Notes: generated by a model from the letters alone, not told the origin. A DNA stretch of 64,000 nucleotides from an uncultured bacterium (GCA_963744715.1 CAVUUR010000006.1:128001-192000); one strand, 5' to 3'. Positions 52,350 to 63,786 are shown, numbered from the stretch's first letter. A program made the numbers and translations.

Positions 52350-52478
52350 TAGACAATTATTAATAAAAAAGGAAATCATTGCTCTATAACTACCTAAAGT
52401 AATCACATTGCTATAATAAAATGATATACTCTTATTAAAGAGAAGAGTTTGTAGGCATATACTATTATAGGAGATAGT

Positions 52479-52661
52479 ATGAAGTGTAAAAAATGTTCAG
52501 GCCTTATGGTATTACAATCATTTTTTGATCATTTTTTAAATTTTGAGGGTTGGAAATGTTTAAATTGCGGTAAAGTTATTGCAAAAAAAGAAAAAACCCT
52601 TGAATATGATGCTTTTAGTTTATTTTATCAACAACAAAAATGTAAGAATAGAAATAAGTAA
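52479..52661 (+). CDS. small zinc-ribbon protein
   Basis: AGGAG RBS; CKKC and CLNC; TAATG overlap with tsaB. Confidence 0.75.
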   Translation: MKCKKCSGLMVLQSFFDHFLNFEGWKCLNCGKVIAKKEKTLEYDAFSLFYQQQKCKNRNK

Positions 52662-53332
52662 TGCTATTTTTTTTGGCAATTCAGTGTACGTATGAAAGCC
52701 TTGAAATAGGTCTCTATCAAGGCACTACTGCACTTGATTATATGGTAGAACCTAAAATAACAGCAAGCAAATACATCATTGTACATATTAATACTATTTT
52801 GACGCGCAATAACATAACCATCAAAGACCTTTCTTTTATAGCGGCAAGTCAAGGACCAGCACCGTTTACTTCTTTACGTGTTGTTTTAGCGACCGTCAAT
52901 GGATTACAGTATGCCACGAACCTGCCCTTAATAGGCATTGACGGCCTTGCAGTATTCATAAATACCTATTATCAACCACCATGTACCCTTGCTTTATTAA
53001 ATGCCTACAATAATGATTGTTATTATGCATTACGTTGTAATGATTCAATAAAAATCGGATGCAAAAATATTGATACATTATTGGAAGAAATGAGGCCTTG
53101 TATACAACAACATGTACAGTATTGCATTGGCAATGCTGCTTTACTATTTGCCCAGAAAATCAAAACAATAAATTCTTCCATTGAAATTCCGGAACATATT
53201 CCCTTATATCCCCCCTTAGATGCGATAGCGCAAACGGCTTTAACACAATATCGGTCAACTACTAATGTACATAAGCAATTATTCCCTCTTTATCTAAAAG
53301 GAATTATGTATACCAAATCAATCAATAGCTAA
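52661..53332 (+). CDS. tsaB: t6A biosynthesis protein TsaB
   Basis: GPAPFTSLRV.LATVNGL motif. Confidence 0.8.
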   Translation: MLFFLAIQCTYESLEIGLYQGTTALDYMVEPKITASKYIIVHINTILTRNNITIKDLSFIAASQGPAPFTSLRVVLATVNGLQYATNLPLIGIDGLAVFINTYYQPPCTLALLNAYNNDCYYALRCNDSIKIGCKNIDTLLEEMRPCIQQHVQYCIGNAALLFAQKIKTINSSIEIPEHIPLYPPLDAIAQTALTQYRSTTNVHKQLFPLYLKGIMYTKSINS

Positions 53333-53356
53333 AAAATAACGTCGGTTATTGTTCAT

Positions 53357-54133
53357 TTATAATAATGATCGCAATAATACCGCAGCACATACTGCTGCTT
53401 GCTGTGCACGTAAAACAGTGGGCGTTAATGTTAGAAATTCTATGTGATACTGACGCAAGATTGTTTTTTCTTGAAACGTTAAATCACCCTCTGGGCCAAT
53501 GATGAAAACAAGATCAGTCGGTTTATTCATTCTTGCTTGTTGTACAAAAGAAAAACAATCAGTTCCTTGAGGATCAAAAAAAATATTTATTTTTTTTTCT
53601 TTTTTTTGTGCACTATGCATTTCAATAAGTTCTTGTAATGATACAGGATTGCGAATAGATGGAAATGAAAAATTTTTAGATTGTTCTGCCGCAGCAATAG
53701 TTACATTGTGCAATCTCATCAATTCCTTATCGCCACCCCACGAGCGTTGTTGTTTTTCCGTATGCAACAATTGTATTTCAGAAACTCCTGCTTCCACTAA
53801 TCCATATACTGCCTCAGTTAACCCTTCCCGTTTCAACATCGGCAATACGCAGGTAATATGCGGTTTATGTACAACATTGTTATGCTGTTCTAAAAGAATT
53901 ACATGGCAAGATTTTTTTTCAGAAGTTTTAACTAATTGCAAAACTCCATATGATTGTTGATCAAAAAGAATAATATGCTCGCCTGCGCTTAAGCGGAGAA
54001 CACGAGTTATACGATGACACAATAATTGATCATCAATAATTATTTCTTGATTAATCATTACTGATGCAACGTACGAAGAAAACTGCGGCCAATATAATGA
54101 AAATTGATGTTTATTATTTGCTAAATCGTTCAT
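53357..54133 (-). CDS. rsmE: 16S rRNA m3U1498 methyltransferase
   Basis: HR..RVLRL, AAEQS, IGPEGD and VLR. Confidence 0.9.
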   Translation of the reverse strand: MNDLANNKHQFSLYWPQFSSYVASVMINQEIIIDDQLLCHRITRVLRLSAGEHIILFDQQSYGVLQLVKTSEKKSCHVILLEQHNNVVHKPHITCVLPMLKREGLTEAVYGLVEAGVSEIQLLHTEKQQRSWGGDKELMRLHNVTIAAAEQSKNFSFPSIRNPVSLQELIEMHSAQKKEKKINIFFDPQGTDCFSFVQQARMNKPTDLVFIIGPEGDLTFQEKTILRQYHIEFLTLTPTVLRAQQAAVCAAVLLRSLL

Positions 54134-54818
54134 AGATTCTTGAATATAATACATGTTTTAATTGTTTATATGACTCAGCACAATATTCTCTTAGATCAAT
54201 GTAACGCATTAATAATGCAATACCAACCTGACGAATCATTATTTCTAATCTAGAAAGTTCTTCTGGTTGATAATCTAAATCGGGCAACTCATTAAATAAT
54301 TCTTGATCAAAATTTACTTGAGGATGAGCTTCTTTTTCTGGCATCATAGCAACCAGATTAAACTCCATCAAAAGATCCTGCGGAATAAGAATCCCATGAG
54401 CGTACGTAAGATTTTTTTCAAAGATAACAGTACCAAGTGTTGTTTTCGTTTTTTGTAATTGTATAAAAGGAACATCAACCTCGAGCATTATTTTTTGTTG
54501 ATTTTGTCTATCCACCAATGCTTTAACGAAGTAACAACCGATATCATGAGCGTTAAGACCATCATGCCATAATGATGAAATACTATCCCAAACAACGCGT
54601 CGATACACACATTTAGTTTTCTTAATATACAATACATCTCCATGCAGTAGATGTTTAGCAGAAACTACGCCGATATATTCGTTATGTTCTTGGTCGGATA
54701 AAATCATCAATAGTGAATAATGTTTTTCAAGTATATCAAAAGAAAGTGGCATTGAAATAATAGTGTTCGATGCAATGAACATAGTAATAATGACACACCA
54801 TATTTTCTTTATATCCAT
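54114..54818 (-). CDS. exported hypothetical protein
   Basis: Signal peptide; AAGGA RBS. Confidence 0.6.
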   Translation of the reverse strand: MDIKKIWCVIITMFIASNTIISMPLSFDILEKHYSLLMILSDQEHNEYIGVVSAKHLLHGDVLYIKKTKCVYRRVVWDSISSLWHDGLNAHDIGCYFVKALVDRQNQQKIMLEVDVPFIQLQKTKTTLGTVIFEKNLTYAHGILIPQDLLMEFNLVAMMPEKEAHPQVNFDQELFNELPDLDYQPEELSRLEIMIRQVGIALLMRYIDLREYCAESYKQLKHVLYSRIYERFSK

Positions 54819-54910
54819 ATATCCATCCTTTTCCGTTGTATTATTGCAGATATTATAATCATTATGCAATGATAATGTTTAGTATAGCATCTTTTATCAA
54901 AGGATACATT

Positions 54911-56446
54911 ATGCATGGCAATATTTATGCATCACATCCTACACTTCTTATCATTCTTGATGGCTTTGGCTATTCACCGTCTGCTCATTATAACGCAATA
55001 CTGAATGCATATAAACCAACCTTTGATTATTTACTGGAAACCTTTCCTCACACCTTATTAACGGCTTCAGGAACTGCTGTCGGCCTCTTGGACAATCAAC
55101 AAGGAAACTCTGAAGTTGGACATTTAACCATTGGAAGTGGCCGCGTCATTGAACAAAATAGCACACGCATTGAAAAATCCATTGATGATGGCTCATTTTT
55201 TTCTAACAAAATACTCCGCAATAATCTTGATTATCTTCACAAAACAGGCAAAAAACTTCATATAATGGGACTGCTTTCGGATGGTGGCATTCATAGCAAT
55301 ACAAAAACACTGTATGCACTATTAAAGGCCGCACATCAACACCACATAAGCGCAGTTGTTATTCATGCATTTTTGGATGGGCGCGATGTTCCTCCCCAAT
55401 CCGCGACTCGTTACCTAGAACAATTAGATAAAGAATGTACCCAGTACCATAATGTACACCTAGGAACTATTCACGGGCGTTTTTATGCAATGGATCGAGA
55501 TGATAATTGGCTACGAACAGAACAAACGTATCGTGTTATTACAGAAAAACAAACTATTACTTTTGCTCACTGGCGTGACGCATTAACTTATTATTATCAT
55601 GAACACATTACTGACGAATTTATTCCACCAACACAATTAGATAGTAAAGGCATAGTGCAGGAAGGTGATGCTGTTATTTTTTTTAATTATAGGGCAGATA
55701 GAACGAGACAATTAACCGATAGTTTTGTTGATCCTCATTTTCAACATTTTCAAAGAAAAAAAATTGCATTGGCACGGTTCATAACCTTAACCGATTATGA
55801 TCTACATTCAACATCAATCGATATTGCATTTCCTTCTATGCCCGTTGCTAATACGTTAAAAGATGTATTAGCTCATGCAGGAAAAACTATTTTTTCAATA
55901 GCGGAAACAGAGAAATATATTCCCATAACCTATTTTTTTAACGGTTATAAAAATTCACCCATTGCCCATGAAACCTGCATATTGATACCATCGTTACCAC
56001 GCAGTACGTATGTACAATTTCCTTGCATGTCCGCTCAAAAAATAACGGAAACGGTTGCCCATTCTCTGCGTACTCAACCGTCTGATTTTTATCTTATTAA
56101 TTATGCAAATGCTGATATGGTGGGCCATTCAGGAAATTTTAACGCAACCGTAAAAGCAATTGAATGTCTTGATAAACAACTACAAATACTCGTTCAAGCA
56201 GTACGGCAATGCAATGGTACGTTATACATAACCGCTGATCATGGCAATGCGGAAGATAAATATGATCCTATCACACGAGGGCCAAAAACGTCGCATACTA
56301 GCAACCCCGTTTATTTTATTATGATGAACAATGATACTGCTCACAAAAAAATCTCATTACCATTAAAAGGATTAGCCGACATTGCTCCTTTTATTTTAAA
56401 AAATATGCACCTTGCAATACCACCTGAAATGAATCACGTACCATAA
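54911..56446 (+). CDS. gpmI: 2,3-BPG-independent phosphoglycerate mutase
   Basis: ILDGFG, GNSEVGH, DGRD, AETEKY, NADMVGH and TADHGNAE. Confidence 0.95.
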   Translation: MHGNIYASHPTLLIILDGFGYSPSAHYNAILNAYKPTFDYLLETFPHTLLTASGTAVGLLDNQQGNSEVGHLTIGSGRVIEQNSTRIEKSIDDGSFFSNKILRNNLDYLHKTGKKLHIMGLLSDGGIHSNTKTLYALLKAAHQHHISAVVIHAFLDGRDVPPQSATRYLEQLDKECTQYHNVHLGTIHGRFYAMDRDDNWLRTEQTYRVITEKQTITFAHWRDALTYYYHEHITDEFIPPTQLDSKGIVQEGDAVIFFNYRADRTRQLTDSFVDPHFQHFQRKKIALARFITLTDYDLHSTSIDIAFPSMPVANTLKDVLAHAGKTIFSIAETEKYIPITYFFNGYKNSPIAHETCILIPSLPRSTYVQFPCMSAQKITETVAHSLRTQPSDFYLINYANADMVGHSGNFNATVKAIECLDKQLQILVQAVRQCNGTLYITADHGNAEDKYDPITRGPKTSHTSNPVYFIMMNNDTAHKKISLPLKGLADIAPFILKNMHLAIPPEMNHVP

Positions 56447-56479
56447 TTTTCATAGTTCAAAAAAAAGCTCGGGGGGGAA

Positions 56480-57772
56480 ATGGGTATGAAAAAAATATTT
56501 TACATATTATATGTAATCGGTAATTATTCTTTATGTATGGATTATAATGATCAAACTATTCCTTCTTTGCGCACACTAGCAGCACAGATGTATACCACGC
56601 ATAATAATAACCCCTATGAATTTAGCAAAAAAAAGATACCTGACGATTGTCAAAATCTGCTAGCTCAAGCATGGTGTAATAATAATCCGGAAAAAGTTCC
56701 TCACTACGTATATCAATGCAATACCTTATCTGAGCAGGCATCTAAACAAACTATACTATGGGGGGATTGTGATACTCTTTTGATGGCTGATAACAATAAT
56801 TTTACTATTTTTGATATTTGCTCCGACACGGTAATTAAAAAAATTCCTCTTGATCAAGGATTTCACAATAACTACGCACAACTATCAACCACTATGATTG
56901 CCACTGCTCACAAAGACAATAAAATAATAAAACTCTATGATATAAAACATGATACCGAATCTCTCAATGCATATAACCATAGTTTTTCTCTTGTTCCGTT
57001 ATTTCTTGATGAAAAAAACATCATGTTAACTGAATATAACTTTCCCAATATTGCATATTTTTGCTATCAACTTGAACCATGGCAAGAAAAATATGTTATT
57101 GATACGCAAACTTTCGTAAAAAATACTTGTTGCGCCGTAGGGATAGCGAATAATACCTTTATTGTTAATAATCCCCCTCTTGGCATTCATATATTTGATC
57201 TGAACGACGGGCGACTACAAGAAATATTGCCAGAAAGCAGCCGAATAAAATCGGCACTACTTTCAGGAGATAAAACAATAGTTGGTGGCTACCAAACACA
57301 AGAAGGTTCATTAGATGCTCTTACGTTATGGAACCTCGTAACTAAAAAAAAATCCGTGGCTCATTATCTGCAATCGCCATTTTTTCTTACCGATAATAAA
57401 GTTTTTTATTACACCAATAATGAGGTATTAGATTTGCAGAAAAATGTGTTCTATAAACCTTATTACATCGCATCAAAAAAGATCAAAGACAAACTTTTTA
57501 TTCCTCAAAAAGTTTGTAATGCTCATAATATTATGCTTCTTACTACCAATAATGTATCACCAGAATTTTTTGTAACTAACAACAACGAACCATCAACGTT
57601 ACATGAACTGCTTGGCGCATTAGATGTTGCATCATTACTGGAACAAACAACTACCCTAACGACTGCGCAACAACGAATTAATGAACTAGAGGAACAACTA
57701 CAAAATTTGCCTCATGATAGTGATAAAAAATCTATCGCACAAATATTGCATTCATTAACAGATAATTATTAA
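56480..57772 (+). CDS. secreted protein with BC-box-like motif and WD40-like propeller
   Basis: Signal (LC-MD); IPSLRTLAA...IPDDCQNLL; IFDI, IKLYDI and LWNL blade ends. Confidence 0.65.
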   Translation: MGMKKIFYILYVIGNYSLCMDYNDQTIPSLRTLAAQMYTTHNNNPYEFSKKKIPDDCQNLLAQAWCNNNPEKVPHYVYQCNTLSEQASKQTILWGDCDTLLMADNNNFTIFDICSDTVIKKIPLDQGFHNNYAQLSTTMIATAHKDNKIIKLYDIKHDTESLNAYNHSFSLVPLFLDEKNIMLTEYNFPNIAYFCYQLEPWQEKYVIDTQTFVKNTCCAVGIANNTFIVNNPPLGIHIFDLNDGRLQEILPESSRIKSALLSGDKTIVGGYQTQEGSLDALTLWNLVTKKKSVAHYLQSPFFLTDNKVFYYTNNEVLDLQKNVFYKPYYIASKKIKDKLFIPQKVCNAHNIMLLTTNNVSPEFFVTNNNEPSTLHELLGALDVASLLEQTTTLTTAQQRINELEEQLQNLPHDSDKKSIAQILHSLTDNY

Positions 57773-59429
57773 TTAAGATACACTATTATAATCCTCAATA
57801 GATAGTTCATTATCCCTTTTAGGGTTATATTCACCATTCGATACTTCTTTGAATGTACTATCAATAGAAACAATTGCTTCAAGCATTTCTATTATTTTGG
57901 GTAAATCATACTTTGCTTGGGATAAACCATAATACGTTGCTATGGATAACGCATCCCTTCCTTGATTATCCGTCAAAGCTGTTTTAATACTAGAGCCATA
58001 TAAAAACAAGACTCTGAACATTGTAAGCGCATTGGCAATTCTCTTCTCTCTGTCTTTCTTCTTACCCATATACTCGATTAGCGTAATTAATGGCGTAGCA
58101 TTATCAATAGCTCTTTGCACATTACGATCCGCGCCACGATTAAGTGCTTTTTTAAACTCACTAACGTTATTATTTTGTATCGCGTCAAAAAGGTTTCCAT
58201 TTAGTATTTTTTGTTCAATACCAGCTCTTGTTTTCAAATCATCTAAAAATTGCTGACTATCTTCTGATGAATCGGGTGATGTTGCATGATTACGACATAA
58301 AAATTCTATTTGCTTTTGCAGCGTAACTGGTTGAGAAATAATTTTTTTTCCTTCCTCCCGCTCCTCTAGCGATGCCAGAAGAGTTGCCATCCCATTATCC
58401 GATATTTTATTCTCACTTTGATACATCTTTTCCATCTCCAGCAGCAACGAATCGGGTCTCGGGAAACTTTCTAATAGCATTACTAGTCGGATTCATTTCC
58501 CCTCCAATCTTTGCTATCATATCTTCTTCTATTTTTGATAAATTATAATACTGAGCTATAGATAACGCATTCTTACCCTGATTATCCGTCAAATGTATGT
58601 CAATATTGGATCCGGGTGCGAGCAAGGCATTAAACATTTCAACCGCCTTGTTAATTTTTGTCTCACTTCCTTGATGAGTACTCATATACTCGATCAGTTC
58701 AATTAATGGCGTTTTTCCATCTTTATCTCTTTGTACATTACGATCTGCGCCACCATTAAGTGCCTTTTGAAAATCATCAATATTATTATTTTCTATTGCT
58801 TTAAAAAGATTTTTATTCACTGCTATTTGCTCAACAAGGATTTTACCTTTCAAAGCATCAAAAAATCCCTGCTCACATTTTTTGGGCATATCATTTGTTG
58901 GTTTTTCATATTGCTCGCGTAAGCGGTCTATTTGTTCCACGAGGGTAACTGGTTGAGAAATAGTTTTTTTTCTTTTTTCCCGTTCTCGGAGTAATAACAC
59001 AAGAACTTTTAAACCATCATCTGATATTTTACTTTTTTCTCTATACAATTTATCAAGATTTTCCATTGCTAACATCAGCGGATTAGTATTAGTAGGAAGA
59101 ATATCGCAAGACTTACTCATGCCACCACTTTTTAATACTTTTTTTATCTTACTCGGATTCTTATTGCCTTTAATCGCATCATTAAGAGCATCTAGTCTTT
59201 CTTGAGCATTATCGCCAATTGGATTTTTATAATTCGGTGTCGACGCGCTTCTTCCATATGCTTTGGGATTAGTATCTTCAATATTTTCTTGCCTCGTTTT
59301 TCTTCCAAAAAGACTACTTCTAGATTTAGCTCTTGCTATTTTTTCCTTCGACGAATTTTTGTAATCCATGCATAAACTGAACTGAAAAAGAAATAGCAAA
59401 CACCCTAACGTTTTTACGCTACCAATCAT
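57773..59429 (-). CDS. secreted ankyrin protein with two tandem modules, apparent frameshift near 58487
   Basis: Both ORFs share KISD.G, ISQPVTL, LF.AI.NNN, GADRNVQR, TPLI.LIEYM and TDNQG..ALSIA.YY. Confidence 0.75.
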
Positions 59430-59530
59430 AGCAAACCCCTTTACCGCAAAAAATATCAGTAATTTGTAAAAAATACAAAAATCAAATGTCCCGACATTTT
59501 AGGGTAAAAAAGCGTAAAAAGCAATAGTAT

Positions 59531-60109
59531 TTATTTAATTTGATATTCAAAATCAACGAAGCCATCGTCTCGTTTTATTTCTTTAAAGCCTGCCCGTGTA
59601 TACACTTTCATAGCCGGATAATTAGTGGTTCGTGTAACTAAGGTAATTTTTGTGCATCCTTGTGCAATTAAATCATTCATAGCATATTTAAACAATTGAT
59701 ATCCGTAACCTTTTGATCTGTATTGATCAAGGACTCCCAAAAACAAAATGCGTCCTTCATAAAATTTCTTTTTATAATAGCTAACAAATCCAGCAGGAGA
59801 TCTACCTTGATATAAAACTTTAATGGTCATAGCTCCTTTTTGCTGAAAATCTCTTGAAGTTCTATTATGCAACATGTGCGTAACATAATCTGGTGCAAAG
59901 GTAGGTGAAACGCCGGCAATTAACCACTCCCAATTGTGTTTAAAAATATCAAGAACAAAAGGAGTATCTCTACGATCATTAAAATCATAAATCCCTACTT
60001 TTTGATACAGGTTATAATAAACACCAAAGCCAGCTGCGATGCATACGCTTGAAAAAATAAGCGCTAAACTTAATTTTTTAGTTAAAAAATTTATTCTTTT
60101 TTTTATCAT
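59531..60109 (-). CDS. GNAT acetyltransferase with N-terminal membrane anchor
   Basis: V...YRSKGYG and N.PAMKVY..AGF. Confidence 0.85.
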   Translation of the reverse strand: MIKKRINFLTKKLSLALIFSSVCIAAGFGVYYNLYQKVGIYDFNDRRDTPFVLDIFKHNWEWLIAGVSPTFAPDYVTHMLHNRTSRDFQQKGAMTIKVLYQGRSPAGFVSYYKKKFYEGRILFLGVLDQYRSKGYGYQLFKYAMNDLIAQGCTKITLVTRTTNYPAMKVYTRAGFKEIKRDDGFVDFEYQIK

Positions 60110-60212
60110 GAAAACCCTATAATTTTGGAAGCAAAAATTTTTTAAAATAATATCGGAAAAAACTACTTTTTAGTTTTTCAAGTATTATTCATTTTTAGCA
60201 ATAATTGCATAG

Positions 60213-60974
60213 TTACATTTCACTCTTACAGTTATTATATATAATTTTAGCAAGCATTAATCCTTGTGCCGGTGCATTAGGTAAAGAATGTTCAGGATTT
60301 TTTGCTTCTAAAATAGTGCGCACGTAATCGATTGATAATGAACGTCGCGAAGCAACTTCAACTGATGCTCCAACAATGCGTCTGATCATGTAACGCAAAA
60401 AACCTGGCCCTTGTACTTCAATGCGGCATGCATTAAATCGTTTAAAAAAATGTATAGTGATAGCATCAATGCGCCGAGTGGTGGTTATTTGCTCGTCACC
60501 GGTACAAAAAGATCGAAAATCATGTTCTCCCACAAATATTTGTAATGCTTCATATAGTTTTTTGTCATCACATGGTCGTTGTAGTGCATATCCATAACGC
60601 GCTAAAAATGGTAATGGCCTTTGATTAAAAATATGATACCAATATATTTTTTGTTTAACGGCGCGTTGTGGATGAAATGTTTCATCACTACTGCATAATG
60701 ATCTAATGACGATATCTCCCGGCAATGCATTATTCCATGCACGCATCATAGTAGCAGGATCAAGATGTAAATCAGTAATAACTAAAGCAACTTGCCCCAA
60801 TGCATGTACGCCGGCATCAGTACGCGAAGCGCCAATAATTTTTACTGGCTTGCTAAAAACATGCAAAAACGTAGATTCTAAAATATTAGCAACAGCTACC
60901 GCATGTGGTTGTACTTGCCAACCAGCATAACGAGTGCCGTCATACGCAACGAGTAACTTATAATAAAAAGGCAT
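60213..60974 (-). CDS. truA: tRNA pseudouridine 38-40 synthase
   Basis: AYDGT.Y.GWQ.Q, ASRTDAGVHA, GEHDF.SF and FLRYMIRRIVG. Confidence 0.95.
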   Translation of the reverse strand: MPFYYKLLVAYDGTRYAGWQVQPHAVAVANILESTFLHVFSKPVKIIGASRTDAGVHALGQVALVITDLHLDPATMMRAWNNALPGDIVIRSLCSSDETFHPQRAVKQKIYWYHIFNQRPLPFLARYGYALQRPCDDKKLYEALQIFVGEHDFRSFCTGDEQITTTRRIDAITIHFFKRFNACRIEVQGPGFLRYMIRRIVGASVEVASRRSLSIDYVRTILEAKNPEHSLPNAPAQGLMLAKIIYNNCKSEM

Positions 60975-60985
60975 AGATAAAAAAC

Positions 60986-62784
60986 TTATTTACGCAGCGA
61001 TGAACGTAAGACTTTTTTACGCAAACGGATATGATGCGGAGTAACTTCAATAAGTTCATCAGGTTGAATCCATTCCATACAACGTTTCAAGTTCCATAAT
61101 ACGTGGTGGTTCTAATTTAATAGATCATCAGTACCTGATGCACGCATATTAGTTAACTTTTTTTCTTTACATGGATTAACATCCATATCATCTTCACGGC
61201 TATTTTCACCAATAATCATACCTTCATAAATCTTGTCGCCGGGTTCAACAAAAAGAATTCCACGTTCTTGAAGATTATCTAAAGCATAAGCTGTAGCAGT
61301 GCCATTTTCCATAGAAACAAGGCACCCTTAGTACGCATAGTGATATCGCCTTTATATGGTTGATACCCATAAAAATTAAAGTTGAAAATACCGGTTCCAC
61401 GAGTATCGGTTAAAAATTGGCTTCTAAAACCAAATAAGTCCTCGTGAAGGAATTTGAAATTCCATACGAATTCGTCCATTGGCATAGAGGAACTAAATTT
61501 TTCATTTCAGCTTTTTTCGTCCCAATCGTTCCATAACAATTCCTTGATATTCTTCATGAATATCAATAACCAAATATTCAATTGGTTCACATTTAACACC
61601 ATCAATCGTTTTATAAATAACTTCAGGTGCTGAAACTTGAAATTCAAATCCTTCACGACGCATATTTTCAAATAAAATACCTAAATGTAGTTGACCTCTT
61701 CCAGAAACTTTAAACATTTCAGGGGAATCAGTAGGCTCAACTCGTAATGCGACGTTTGTTTTTAATTCTTTTTCTAAACGATCTTTAATTTGTCGTGACG
61801 TTAATAACGATCCTTCTTGACCATTAAAAGGAGAATCGTTCACCGATACATATATCGACATGGTCGGTTCATCGATAGCAACATACGGATAGTGGTAATG
61901 GATTGATCAACCTCACAAATGGTAGTACCAATAGTAACCGGCTCATAAAACCAGTAACGGCAACAATATCACCATAACGAACTGTCTTTGCCTCTCTATT
62001 TTCTCAAGGCCCATGAAGTATATAATTTGGTAACTTTAAATGGTCGGCTTACCTTTGATCATCTTTAGCACAAACCACATGCTTGACCAACACTTAAAGA
62101 ACCACTAAACATTCTTCCAATGGCAATGGTGCCAAGAAAATCAGAATAATCTAAGTTAGTCATTAAAATCTGTAAATGATCCGCCGTGGTGTCGGAGCAG
62201 GAATATACTTTATAATTGCTTCAAAAAGTGGTTTCATATCACCAGTTTTTGCATTAGGATCATGTGCTAACAAAACCAAGCTTTGAAGAACCATATAAAA
62301 TAGGAAAATCAAGCTGATTATCATTGTGTTGCAAGATCTAAAAAAAGATCATGAATTGATGATTCAGTTCGTGCAATATCAGCATCCGGTCGATCAATTT
62401 TATTAATAAGAACAATTGGTCTTAAATTAAGCTCAAGCGCTTTGCGTAACACAAAACGTGTTCCAGGCAAAACACCTTCAGCCGCATCGACTAATAGTAA
62501 AAATCCTTCTACCATTTGCAAGGTACGTTCCACTTCACCACCAAAATCAGTGTGACCAGGAGTATCGACAATATTAATATTATAACCATTATAAGAAATA
62601 CCGGTATTTTTTGCTAAAATCGTAATTCCACGTTCTTTTTCTAGATCATTTGAGTCCATTACACGTTCAGTATCAGTAGCATATGATGCGTACCAGATTG
62701 GCGCAATAATTTATCAACCAGGGTTGTTTTTCCATGGTCAACGTGGGCAATAATAGCAATATTTCTTATATTTGGCTGTTCCAT
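60986..62784 (-). pseudogene. typA: translational GTPase TypA/BipA with multiple frameshifts
   Basis: [40 protein letters not shown] and [10 protein letters not shown] spread over several frames. Confidence 0.9.
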
Positions 62785-62867
62785 TGTCTCTATTTTCGTT
62801 ATCTGCAAAATCAAAGGGTCATTAATATAAAATACTTATTCTTATTGTAAATAATTTTTTACAAAAT

Positions 62868-62905
62868 GTCTAAGGGTAAAAAATAGCCGTTTTTTACCCT
62901 TAGAC
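62868..62905. repeat. 16-bp perfect inverted repeat (probable terminator)
   Basis: gtctaagggtaaaaaa-tagccg-ttttttacccttagac. Confidence 0.75.
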
Positions 62906-62930
62906 CCTTAAAATTTTTAAAAAATCGTCT

Positions 62931-63593
62931 TTATGACTCGCCGAGTAAACTATTACTTCTTTTACAGCCTTGATTTGATCCCATTTGCATAAGGGCTGTT
63001 TTTGCATTATCTGTTATCACAGACTCTACAACACTAACTTTATTCCAATCAGTTGTGACGGCTTTGCATCGATTTGAAAATTTTGTATCAACTTTCGGAG
63101 AAGATGTGCCACAATTTTTTTTAGGCGTTGTGAACAGTTCTTTATTGGCGCAGACTATACCACATAATTTTTCTAGTGTTTCAGTAGCTATTTTTTCTTT
63201 TTCCGCTTCGCTAACATTTAAAGCTCTATAAGAAGTTACTAATTCTTTAGCAATATCTAACGATAAGCTCTTTAATTTTTTGTTTTGATCTTTCTTAATT
63301 TTTAATTCATCCGTCATTTTTGCAACATACTTCGCAACTCTTTTTTCGCGCTCCTTGATTTCTTCCCTCAGCATAGCATTTTCTTGCGTAATTTTTTCCA
63401 ATTGACCTTTTAGTTGATTTTCCGTTTTGCTACTAGGAAACCAAAGAACGATATTTGGATTAACACTACTTGGATTATCCAACGCAGTCTTAACAAACGT
63501 GCTCCAACCTAAAGTGGATTCTGCTGTCCCGTTTGTCTTTATACTTTGCGCAGAAAAAAGAGTTAACGTTAATAAAAAAATTTGTTGTTTCAT
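62931..63593 (-). CDS. secreted coiled-coil protein
   Basis: Signal peptide; long E/K/L heptad region. Confidence 0.65.
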   Translation of the reverse strand: MKQQIFLLTLTLFSAQSIKTNGTAESTLGWSTFVKTALDNPSSVNPNIVLWFPSSKTENQLKGQLEKITQENAMLREEIKEREKRVAKYVAKMTDELKIKKDQNKKLKSLSLDIAKELVTSYRALNVSEAEKEKIATETLEKLCGIVCANKELFTTPKKNCGTSSPKVDTKFSNRCKAVTTDWNKVSVVESVITDNAKTALMQMGSNQGCKRSNSLLGES

Positions 63594-63726
63594 AAAAAGA
63601 TTTCCTTATAAAAAAATTTAAGAATACAAATACAGGGTTTTATCAGATTTAATTATTTTTGTCAAATATTTTTCCAAGAACTATCCTATCTTGCACGATA
63701 CAATTCAAAAATATCATCCTAAAAAC

Positions 63727-63760
63727 AAAAAAAGACAAGATAAAAAACCTTGTCTTTTTT
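63727..63760 (-). terminator. Rho-independent terminator after rpsR
   Basis: aaaaaagacaag...cttgtctttttt. Confidence 0.7.
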
Positions 63761-63786
63761 ATGAAAAATTATGTATTACTTATCTA

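Noticed and set aside
62868..62905. Long inverted repeat as a MITE or REP element
   Set aside because: Single full copy, located just downstream of a gene; a terminator is the simpler explanation
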